From the NCBI GenBank assembly GCA_034189385.1, contig JAXHVD010000001.1, forward strand, positions 322,646-386,645: 64,000 nucleotides of DNA. Reading direction: 5' to 3'. The notes under the pieces are model-generated. The model searched no databases. It was not told where the DNA came from and saw nothing but the letters and a program-made list of their open reading frames with translations. Made by a program: the position numbers and the translations under genes. Positions 28,388 to 36,453 of the stretch are shown here, one piece after another. Within the stretch, counting starts at the first letter, position 1, and each line of letters starts with the position of its first letter. The stretch comes from Thermodesulfobacteriota bacterium. Lineage in GTDB: Bacteria; Desulfobacterota; Desulfobacteria; Desulfobacterales; C00003060.

Positions 28388-29014
28388 ATGCATATTTCAG
28401 AGGGTGTGCTATCACCAACTGTTCTCATTGCAGGTGCAGCGCTTACAACAGCAGGTGTTGCTGCGGGGCTTAGGAAACTGGATAACAGGGAGATTCCTTC
28501 TACAGGGATACTGTCGGCTGCTTTCTTTGTAGCTTCGCTCGTTCATGTGCCTATCGGACCTGCTTCCGTCCACCTGGTCATGAACGGCTTACTCGGGCTC
28601 ATCTTGGGGTGGAAGGCCTTTCCTGCGATCTTGGTAGGCTTGGGCCTTCAGACCCTCCTTTTTCAGTATGGCGGCCTTACCAGTCTTGGTGTGAATACCC
28701 TGAACATGGCCCTTCCAGCGGTCATATGTTACTACGTGTTTGGCTGGGCCGTGAGAACCCGAACCAGCATCTTCGTGTTCACCGGCATGGCCTTCGGGTG
28801 TGCTTTTTGTGCTGTCCTCATCAGTGGTATCATGGTCGGGTTTTCCCTGTACTTGACAGGAGAAGCCTTCTTGCCTGCAGCAAAGGTCGTGGTAGTAGCC
28901 CATCTCCCCATCATGGTCATTGAAGGGATTTTAACGGCAGCCTGTGCCCTCTTTTTGAGGAGAGTAAAACCTGAATTATTGGAGGGACTCTATGTGCCAG
29001 AGCCCATTTCGTGA
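28388..29014 (+). CDS. cbiM: Co/Ni ECF transporter substrate component CbiM/NikM
   Basis: N-terminal MHISEG, AAFFVASLVHVPIGPASVHL, GGLTSLGVN. Confidence 0.92.
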   Translation: MHISEGVLSPTVLIAGAALTTAGVAAGLRKLDNREIPSTGILSAAFFVASLVHVPIGPASVHLVMNGLLGLILGWKAFPAILVGLGLQTLLFQYGGLTSLGVNTLNMALPAVICYYVFGWAVRTRTSIFVFTGMAFGCAFCAVLISGIMVGFSLYLTGEAFLPAAKVVVVAHLPIMVIEGILTAACALFLRRVKPELLEGLYVPEPIS

Positions 29015-29675
29015 GTCTAACCGGACCTGTTGCAGAGAGGTGGTTGTTTGTTTCCTCTTGGTAGTCCTGGGGCTTGGTTTTGGCGTTTTTCCCGCGTGGG
29101 CCCATAAGGTTACTATCTTTGCCTGGGTAGAGGGAGACACGGTCTACACGCAGAGCAAGTTCAGCGGCGGCAAGAAAGTCAAAAGGGGCACAATCGTGGT
29201 CTACGACAAGGAAGGAAATCAGCTTCTGGAGGGCAAGACCGATGATAAGGGTGCGTTCTCGTTTAAGGTGCCCAAGAAGACGACCCTCAAGATTGCGTTG
29301 AAGGCCTCCATGGGCCACTTTGCGGAGTGGACTATCCCTGAGAAGGAAATTGCGGGAGTGGCTGATAGTGCTGGAAGCAGGACCAGGGGAGGTGATGTTC
29401 AGGCTCCCACCCCGCAGGCTCCATCCTTGACGGAGCAAAAGGCCACCGATGAGGATGCTGGTGCCAAGGTTGTGGGTTTAAGCCGCGAAGAGATCCAAAC
29501 ACTCATCGATGGATCGCTGGACAGGAAGCTTGCGCCCGTTCTCACCATGCTTTCCGAGGCCGTGGATTCCGGCCCCAGGATGAGCGACGTGATTGGCGGT
29601 ATCGGCTATATCGTCGGTCTAGTGGGGGTGGGTCTCTATTTTACGGCCCGTGATAAAAGGAAAGACGCCAGGTGA
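28992..29675 (+). CDS. CbiL/NikL-like accessory component
   Basis: AWA|HKVTIFAWVEG, ASMGH, C-terminal TM DVIGGIGYIVGL. Confidence 0.8.
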   Translation: MCQSPFRESNRTCCREVVVCFLLVVLGLGFGVFPAWAHKVTIFAWVEGDTVYTQSKFSGGKKVKRGTIVVYDKEGNQLLEGKTDDKGAFSFKVPKKTTLKIALKASMGHFAEWTIPEKEIAGVADSAGSRTRGGDVQAPTPQAPSLTEQKATDEDAGAKVVGLSREEIQTLIDGSLDRKLAPVLTMLSEAVDSGPRMSDVIGGIGYIVGLVGVGLYFTARDKRKDAR

Positions 29676-30430
29676 TCAGAGAGGGATTTGTCCTCCGGAA
29701 TTCTGTGATTCACCGCCTTGATCCCCGCGTCAAGATGGTCCTTGTCTTTGTTTTTTCCGTTCTAGTGGCTATATCAAACCAGTTTTCCGTTCTCACCTTG
29801 GCCTTGGCGCTGGGGCTCTTTGCGACGCTCCTGGCCCGGATACCATTGGCGGAACTGATTCGCCGTCTTGTCCCTGTAAACCTCTTCATCCTCTTCCTGT
29901 GGGTCTTCCTTCCCTTTAGCGTGGAAGGCCGACCGCTTTTGTCCATTGGTCCGTTGGTTGGAACCCACGAGGGGGTGCTGTATGCGCTTCAGATTACCGT
30001 CAAGTCAAACGCCATCGTGGCCATGTTGATTACGCTGGTCGCTTCAACATCTATCCTTACGATGGGCCATGCCATGCACGAACTGAGAGTCCCCCAGAGA
30101 ATCGTCCACCTCTTTTTTTTCACCTATCGGTATGTCCATGTTATACGTAGGGAGTACCTCCGGCTGGTGAGCGCCATGAAAGTGCGGGGCTTTCGTGCCG
30201 GGACCAATATGCACACGTACAAGAGCATTGCCTACCTGGTGGGCATGCTCTTGGTGAGGAGTTCAGAACGAGCAGAAAGGGTACAAAAGGCCATGCTGTG
30301 CCGCGGATTCAGGGGGCAGCTTTACAGTCTTAGCGCATTCTCCGTGAAAAAGGGGGATGTGGTCTCCACTATTGTGATGTTTGCGTTTTTTCTCGTGTTG
30401 GCCATATTAGAGTGGACGGAAATAGCTTGA
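29672..30430 (+). CDS. cbiQ: Co/Ni ECF transporter T component
   Basis: HRLDPRVK, FTYRY, MKVRGF, AMLCRGF. Confidence 0.92.
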   Translation: MIREGFVLRNSVIHRLDPRVKMVLVFVFSVLVAISNQFSVLTLALALGLFATLLARIPLAELIRRLVPVNLFILFLWVFLPFSVEGRPLLSIGPLVGTHEGVLYALQITVKSNAIVAMLITLVASTSILTMGHAMHELRVPQRIVHLFFFTYRYVHVIRREYLRLVSAMKVRGFRAGTNMHTYKSIAYLVGMLLVRSSERAERVQKAMLCRGFRGQLYSLSAFSVKKGDVVSTIVMFAFFLVLAILEWTEIA

Positions 30431-31140
30431 TGATTGATCTTAAGGATATATCCTTTGGGTATCCGGGGGGCACCTTAGTCCTTGACCAACTCAACCTGTC
30501 ATTGCGGGCAGGTGACCGAACCGGCTTGATGGGAGCCAACGGAAGTGGAAAAACCACGCTGTTTCATATCATCATGGGCCTTTTGAAACCTTCTGAAGGC
30601 AGCATCGAGATATTTGGCAAGCCGGTGAGGACAGAAAAAGACTTTGAAGAAGTACGTCAAAGAGTGGGACTCCTTTTTCAGGATGCCGACGATCAGCTTT
30701 TCAGCCCAACAGTCTTGGAGGACGTTGCCTTCGGACCCTTGAATCTGGGCAAGTCAAAAGAGGAGGCCAAGACCATTGCCCAGAATACACTCATGTCGCT
30801 GGGTTTGACCGGGTTCGAAGACAGGGTGACCCACAAGCTGTCTGGAGGAGAAAAAAGACTTGTTTCACTTGCCACGGTCCTTGCCATGGAACCTGAGGTA
30901 TTGCTCCTTGATGAACCGACTACAGGTTTAGATCACGCAACGGAAAAGAGGCTTATTGAGATTCTGAAGGGCCTTGACCTCTCTTACATCCTTATTTCTC
31001 ACAGCATGGACTTCCTCATGGAGACGAGCCAGACCATCATGTGTATCCGGGATGGCAAAGTGCTTCTTGATGACGAGAGTATCCCCCACACCCATGTTCA
31101 CGTCCACCGACATGGGCGTTACGTCCACCGACATGATTGA
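30430..31140 (+). CDS. cbiO: Co/Ni ECF transporter ATPase with His-rich tail
   Basis: GANGSGKT, FQDADDQLF, LSGGEK, LLDEP; tail HTHVHVHRHGRYVHRH. Confidence 0.9.
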   Translation: MIDLKDISFGYPGGTLVLDQLNLSLRAGDRTGLMGANGSGKTTLFHIIMGLLKPSEGSIEIFGKPVRTEKDFEEVRQRVGLLFQDADDQLFSPTVLEDVAFGPLNLGKSKEEAKTIAQNTLMSLGLTGFEDRVTHKLSGGEKRLVSLATVLAMEPEVLLLDEPTTGLDHATEKRLIEILKGLDLSYILISHSMDFLMETSQTIMCIRDGKVLLDDESIPHTHVHVHRHGRYVHRHD

Positions 31141-31280
31141 ACGGGACCGGCTGGCCAATCCCTTGCTCGCCCTTTTCTTTATCGAATCGCCAGAAGCAGC
31201 GGCCGAGGTGCCCTGGATGTCGCCTGCCGCTGGATCCTCACCAAGTCGACCATCTGGTGGCCCTGCATGCTGGGTAAGCT

Positions 31281-31581
31281 AGTGTGCTGTCTCAGAAGTT
31301 CGTTTATAAAGTAGCGTATCGCCTTCAAGCCATTTTCCAGGCTCCGTGAGCCTTTTCGGGGCGTCAGCTTCGCTCCGCTGAATCATGCACGAAGTGGCTC
31401 TTTTCAAGCCGTAAGGCGCAACCGTTGGCGCCATGACTCTCCGCCGTCGCGGATCAAACAGTGTATGATTCTTGCCGCGTCACTCAGCGGACCTCTCATT
31501 CCGAAAATGCTCAATGTCGCGCGGAAAAGGCTTTCGGCTATACAGTGACTCATGACACTTATTTCTGGTTCATGGCACTAG
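31281..31581. repeat. Long imperfect palindromic MITE/REP-like element
   Basis: Nested complementary blocks: AGCCATTTTCC/GGAAAAGGCT, GAGCCTTTTCGG/CCGAAAATGCTC, CCGCTGA/TCAGCGG; ends TAGTG/CACTA. Confidence 0.5.
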
Positions 31582-31655
31582 CCTCATGCGTCTCGCTATC
31601 TCAAGATTCGTGTCCTTCTTAACCATATGAAATAACAGCTAAAACTTGCTATAGC

Positions 31656-31856
31656 GAGACCTTTGCACAACCCGTTCTCACTGAATCCTGTGAGCTTTTT
31701 GACCCATTTTGGGCCTTGCTCGCTAAATCGCAAAAACTCGGCCTAGGGGCCTCAAACAGTTTACGATTTGCCCACTATCGTGGGCCGCTCACTGTGGCCA
31801 AATGGGTACCCCAAATAGCTCACAATGACCGTTCGAAAGAGTTATGCAAAGGTCTC
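31656..31856. mobile_element. Non-autonomous MITE with IS5-family-like terminal inverted repeats
   Basis: GAGACCTTTGCACAAC ... GTTATGCAAAGGTCTC (15 of 16 bases complementary); no transposase. Confidence 0.7.
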
Positions 31857-32252
31857 ATGGCTTCTAGGAAGCGGCAGGCTCTGGTTTGGACTTTTTCTAT
31901 GCAACAGAAGCCTCGGGATAGGGAAATTTGTTAGTAACGTTCAAAAGTGTTGACTTAGTGGATTTCTGGACAACCGACTTCGGGATAGGGATAATCGCTT
32001 CTCTTCGGCATCCAATGCCTTTAGGTAGCCTATGCCATTGGTGTAGATGGCAATGGCTGTATGCCTGCGTTCAGCGATCATCCCTATCCCTCTAACTGCC
32101 TGCTGAAGGCCTTTGCCTCAACTTTTGAACGTTGCCAATCCGCTTCTCTTCGGCCTCCAATGCCTTTAGTAGCTGTGCGGAGGATGTTGCCAAATCCTGG
32201 GGGTACAGGTCTTGGCATACCTACTATTCGTGGAAAGGAGGGGTGCGAAACT
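31856..32252 (+). repeat. Dispersed non-coding repeat, copy B, with two extra inserts
   Basis: Collinear with the reverse complement of 12084..12318; block GCTTCTCTTCGGC.TCCAATGCCTTTAG occurs twice. Confidence 0.8.
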
Positions 32253-32343
32253 TGAGTCAATATGTTATTAGGTACCACTTGGTTTTCATGAGACCGCTTT
32301 CCATGATCCGTGAGCACCAACGACAAAAAAAGGGAGGAATTCT

Positions 32344-33168
32344 ATGATGCAGCGTCTGTTTTTTTACCTTGCGTCGTTTTCGTTGGGTGCTTTTCACGCA
32401 CTGGAACCAGGTCATGGAAAAACGGTAGTTGCCGCCTATTTGGTTGGCTCCAGAGGGCGGAAAGCTGATGCCGTATTTCTTGGGATTATTGTGACGGTCA
32501 CCCATACCCTGAGCATCATCGTTTTGGCTGTCATAGCCAAGGTGGCCTCTGTTAAATGGGCGTTGAGCGACGATGCCTTGCACGGATATGTTGGCCTGGT
32601 GGCCGGTGCTCTCATCCTTGTAGTGGGATTGTGGATGTTAGTGGCGAGATTGAGGGGCAAGGAGCCCCTGCACTTCCATTCGCATGACCACGATGTCCTT
32701 GAGAGAGGGGGGCATCATCATGAACACAGTCACCACGGCGCTGACAACTTCCGCTTTCATTCTCATGACGAGGGCCATTCTCATGATCATGACCATTCAC
32801 ATAAGCATGAGGGGCACCATATCGATTTGGAACCAGAAAGGAAAGTGGGCTATTGGCAGCTTTTTCTGTTAGGCATTTCTGGAGGACTGGTGCCCTGCCC
32901 AGCCGCTATGGCGTTATTGCTGGCGGGGATAGGGTCTGGCAGGGTGGGCGAGGCGCTTTGGCTTGTCCTGTTGTTTAGTCTGGGGCTGGCAGCGGCGCTG
33001 GTAGCCATAGGGCTGGCAGTGGTAACTGCAAGTCACTTTGCCAGCCGTTTTCTTGATGCAAAGAGGTTTGCAAGGAAGATGGCCATTGCCAGCGCAGGTC
33101 TCATCACCGTGATAGGAATGGGAACCATATTTGGTTCAGTGAGGCACATCGTTTCAGTCCCTTTTTAG
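32344..33168 (+). CDS. RcnA-like His-rich Ni/Co transporter (NiCoT/HoxN-HupN-NixA superfamily)
   Basis: HALEPGHGKT, His-rich loop, GGLVPCPAA. Confidence 0.85.
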   Translation: MMQRLFFYLASFSLGAFHALEPGHGKTVVAAYLVGSRGRKADAVFLGIIVTVTHTLSIIVLAVIAKVASVKWALSDDALHGYVGLVAGALILVVGLWMLVARLRGKEPLHFHSHDHDVLERGGHHHEHSHHGADNFRFHSHDEGHSHDHDHSHKHEGHHIDLEPERKVGYWQLFLLGISGGLVPCPAAMALLLAGIGSGRVGEALWLVLLFSLGLAAALVAIGLAVVTASHFASRFLDAKRFARKMAIASAGLITVIGMGTIFGSVRHIVSVPF

Positions 33169-33418
33169 GCAAGGGCTTGAGATCTGATTGCCTCAGGCAT
33201 TGTAGAAGTTCACGGGTGACATCACATTTTGTGTCTTTAAAGAGCCTCTTGAGTTTCCACTATCGGAAGCCCGCTTGCCTCGCTCCGAGGGCGAGATCGG
33301 TGGCCCGATCAGCGACAAATGCCGGTGCGCCCTTGTGAAATTGGCAAGTATGGAGTATAATAGTATTGTTTAAGTTGCTGAAAACGCTGACTGCGGGGTC
33401 CCCCAAGGCGAGTTCTTT

Positions 33419-34351
33419 ATGGGTCTTTACCTTTTTCCGGTGAGAAGTCCATGCCTCCTATCTGCGGCCGTTGGTCTATTTTGCTTCTGGATGCCATATT
33501 TGGGGGCGAGCCCGGATACCAGTCAAGGGCACTTGCTTTACTCCACAGTGGGCATCATCAATGACACGCCAAGCTTCCAATTAGAGGTGACCATAGATGG
33601 GCGAGGGCCATCTGTCATTGGTAAGGGAGAGACGAGAACGTTTTTTCTGAATGGCAAAGAGGTCCCCGGGAAACACAAGCTGGTGGCTAAGGCATACGTG
33701 CCTGCCAAATACCTTGGCAGATGTCAGATCGGCAAAGAAGTGACAATCCCGTTTCAACTGACCGGTGAGGAAAAAGACTCTCCAGCAGGAAGGGTAGGCT
33801 GGTATACGACTTTTACCCACAGGGATTTCTTGCCCCACCTGGGATCCTTTCCCTGGAAGGCGTATGGGAGGGTCGAGCCAAAGGGCCTGGGAAAGATCCT
33901 CTCTGAGGGATATTCCCTTGCCAGATATGAGGAACGCAGAAAAGAGGAGAATATCCGTGGTCTGATCAGTTGGGCATCCCAAAAATATCGCATTCCAGTT
34001 GCCTTGTTAACGGCGGTGATTGAAGTGGAGTCGGGATTTGACGCACGGGCCGTTTCCCACAAGGGAGCCCAAGGATTGATGCAGCTCATGCCGGCAACGT
34101 GCGAAAGATTTGGAGTTCAGAGGCCCTTTGATCCTCAGGAGAATGTTGAGGGTGGTTCTAAGTATCTCAACTACCTTCTTCATCAATGGTCTTTAAAATT
34201 CTCGTCCACTCGCAGACTGGCACTTTGTCTGGCGGCATATCATGCTGGGGAACGAAAGGTCGAACAGTATGGCGGGGTCCCTCCTATTAAAGAGACGAGA
34301 GACTATGTCCGGGAAGTCCTAAGAAGATACAGGTTCCCGGGAAAAACCTAA
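33419..34351 (+). CDS. Lytic transglycosylase (SLT domain)
   Basis: VIEVESGF..AVS.KGA.GLMQLMP, AAYHAG, ETRDYV. Confidence 0.88.
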   Translation: MGLYLFPVRSPCLLSAAVGLFCFWMPYLGASPDTSQGHLLYSTVGIINDTPSFQLEVTIDGRGPSVIGKGETRTFFLNGKEVPGKHKLVAKAYVPAKYLGRCQIGKEVTIPFQLTGEEKDSPAGRVGWYTTFTHRDFLPHLGSFPWKAYGRVEPKGLGKILSEGYSLARYEERRKEENIRGLISWASQKYRIPVALLTAVIEVESGFDARAVSHKGAQGLMQLMPATCERFGVQRPFDPQENVEGGSKYLNYLLHQWSLKFSSTRRLALCLAAYHAGERKVEQYGGVPPIKETRDYVREVLRRYRFPGKT

Positions 34352-34561
34352 TAGTCTGGCAAGAACTGAAACCTCTTCTCATCTGCGGGGAGGAGCCCTT
34401 TGGGCTGAAACATTTCGAGTCGCCAGTTTTCCGCTTTGCCAAAGTCTAATGGCAGAAAACCTTTGGATGCCCGCTAAGAGGAGTTTCGGTTTGGGCAGTA
34501 GCCCCCTTTATACTTGACCAAGACAAAGATAGACCGAATCTTGAACGGGGAGAGGGCAAAG

Positions 34562-35281
34562 ATGAAGCAGCTAAAAAAGGATCTTCAGGGCTTATCCAGG
34601 GAATTGACGGCCCTCAGAAAGAAAACCGAGAAGATCGCGACGGCGATTGAGAAGCTTGAGAAATCTAAGGTCCCCCGCCAAAGGGCCTCAAAAGCTAGGG
34701 GCTCAAGCAGTAAAAAGGCTTATGCCAAGAGATACGCTGCCGGAAGGAAGACGGCTACGCTCACTGCGACGGACCACATCGTTAACATCATCAACAGGGT
34801 CAAGAAAGGTGTTGATGTTCCCACGCTGATAGAGAAATCTGGGTTTGAGGATAAGAAGGTCCGCAATATCCTTGCGAGGACTCTCAAGCAGGGCAGGGTC
34901 TCGAGAGTGGGGAGGGGGATCTATGCGGCCAGGGAGGAGAGAAGAAGACATCGCAGAATGGATTCGCTGAACCTCGTTTCCTACACTTCTATGGACAACG
35001 AGAATCAGGTCATAGGGCAGGCAATGGGAAGGACCCTAGATGTGACTGAAGGGGGAATCCTTCTGGAAACACATGTTCCCATGGATCTAGCACATACCTT
35101 GTCGCTTACCATAGGTGTGAAAGAGGACCTAGTTGACGTAAAAGGAAAGGTGATCCATTGCAGGCCTGGAAAAGCCGGAAGGTTTCAATCAGGGGTGCAG
35201 TTTACCAAGATGCAAAATTCAAGCATTCGGATTTTAAAGAGATTTATAACAGCCTTCAAGAAGCAGCAACAGCGACTTTGA
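34562..35281 (+). CDS. Coiled-coil / basic / winged-helix-like N-terminus fused to a PilZ domain
   Basis: ERRRHRR and DVTEGG PilZ motifs, GVQF; start placed at ATG 34562. Confidence 0.75.
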   Translation: MKQLKKDLQGLSRELTALRKKTEKIATAIEKLEKSKVPRQRASKARGSSSKKAYAKRYAAGRKTATLTATDHIVNIINRVKKGVDVPTLIEKSGFEDKKVRNILARTLKQGRVSRVGRGIYAAREERRRHRRMDSLNLVSYTSMDNENQVIGQAMGRTLDVTEGGILLETHVPMDLAHTLSLTIGVKEDLVDVKGKVIHCRPGKAGRFQSGVQFTKMQNSSIRILKRFITAFKKQQQRL

Positions 35282-35330
35282 GCTGTTGGAATACGTCCCT
35301 TGCTAAACCGCCCTTCCTTTCGAGGTGGAC

Positions 35331-36110
35331 CTAACCTAAGATCTCGCCCGCCAAGGCCATGTAGTCGATGGCACCTGTGCACCAGCGCCTGAAAAAGACC
35401 ACTGGAACGCCGTAGTAGGCGCTTTCGGCTATGGTGGTATTGATACGGATGACCGTGTTGAAAAGCTTGCCCCTAAATCGCTTGTCTTCCTTGAGGGCTT
35501 CCAGGATGATGTTTGAAACCCTTGTCCGCTGGTCAAAAAGGGTGGCCACAACCCCCATGATCCTGATCTTGGGGTTGATTTCTTCCTTTATGATGGAAAT
35601 GGTCTCAAGGAGTTCATCCATAGCACTGTAAGCATAAGGGTGGGTTTGGCATGGAATCAAGACCTCACGGGCAAAGGCAAGCACATTGACGGTAAGCATG
35701 GAAAGACTGGGTGGGGTGTCCAACAAGATGAAGTCATAGAGATTTAAAACGGGTTCCAAGGCTTCTTTAAGCCGGTTTTCCCGACCCGCTTTGTTTGCCA
35801 GCTCCACCTCAAGACCAGAAAGGTCCACGTGGGAAGGAAGACAATCGAGGTGCTCCCACTGCGTATGCAGAATCACCGACTGTGCCGGGACAGGACGCTT
35901 CGGCTTCATGACATCGTAGACGGAAAGACTGTCCCCATCAGGACTGAACCCCAACCCTTTGGTAGCGTTGAGCTGTGGGTCCATATCAACAACCAGGACG
36001 TTCTTTCCTCTCAGGGAGAGCGCTGCTGCCAGGTTGATAACGGTTACTGTTTTTCCAACCCCGCCTTTTTCATTCACCACCGAGATGATTCGAGCTCTTC
36101 TTTTAGTCAC
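35331..36110 (-). CDS. Orphan ParA/Soj family ATPase
   Basis: NEKGGVGKT, DMDPQ.NAT, DTPPSL; no parB adjacent. Confidence 0.9.
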   Translation of the reverse strand: MTKRRARIISVVNEKGGVGKTVTVINLAAALSLRGKNVLVVDMDPQLNATKGLGFSPDGDSLSVYDVMKPKRPVPAQSVILHTQWEHLDCLPSHVDLSGLEVELANKAGRENRLKEALEPVLNLYDFILLDTPPSLSMLTVNVLAFAREVLIPCQTHPYAYSAMDELLETISIIKEEINPKIRIMGVVATLFDQRTRVSNIILEALKEDKRFRGKLFNTVIRINTTIAESAYYGVPVVFFRRWCTGAIDYMALAGEILG

Positions 36111-36236
36111 CGTAACCTCCTATCTTTTATCCGTTATCCTGTCTGTCTACCGATACCGAATACCCCACCTCCAGCCAGCTCGTTTTACGGGATCAATGTC
36201 ATGTGTCAAAAAGCAGTGTCTCTGATGTCCTCCTCT

Positions 36237-36405
36237 TTGAACCGAATAAGCGAGCGCATTCTCCACAGGAGAGCTACCGCAGCCCCCGTAGCAGCTTGCT
36301 GCGGGCTTCGCGAGCGCATAGTTAAAAAGACAACAACCTTACGGTGAACATTCCCCGTGGCTTGACTTCGACGAGCTCAGTCGAGTCGCCACGGGGAGGG
36401 TTTAA
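36237..36405. repeat. MITE-like repeat with IS200/IS605-type hairpins, copy 1
   Basis: Near-identical to 43737..43878; carries an extra 24-nt insert ACTTCGACGAGCTCAGTCGAGTCG. Confidence 0.85.
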
Positions 36406-36453
36406 ATCCCCTTGCGCAAGAAAAGGGGAGAAGCGTCAATCTTTGTCTAGACG

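Noticed and set aside
25980..28388. Cobalamin or NiCo riboswitch upstream of the cbi/nik genes
   Set aside because: I could not find a B12-box or the czcD-motif conserved blocks.
32263..32292. NikR-like operator before the rcnA-like gene
   Set aside because: The half-sites are too degenerate to support.
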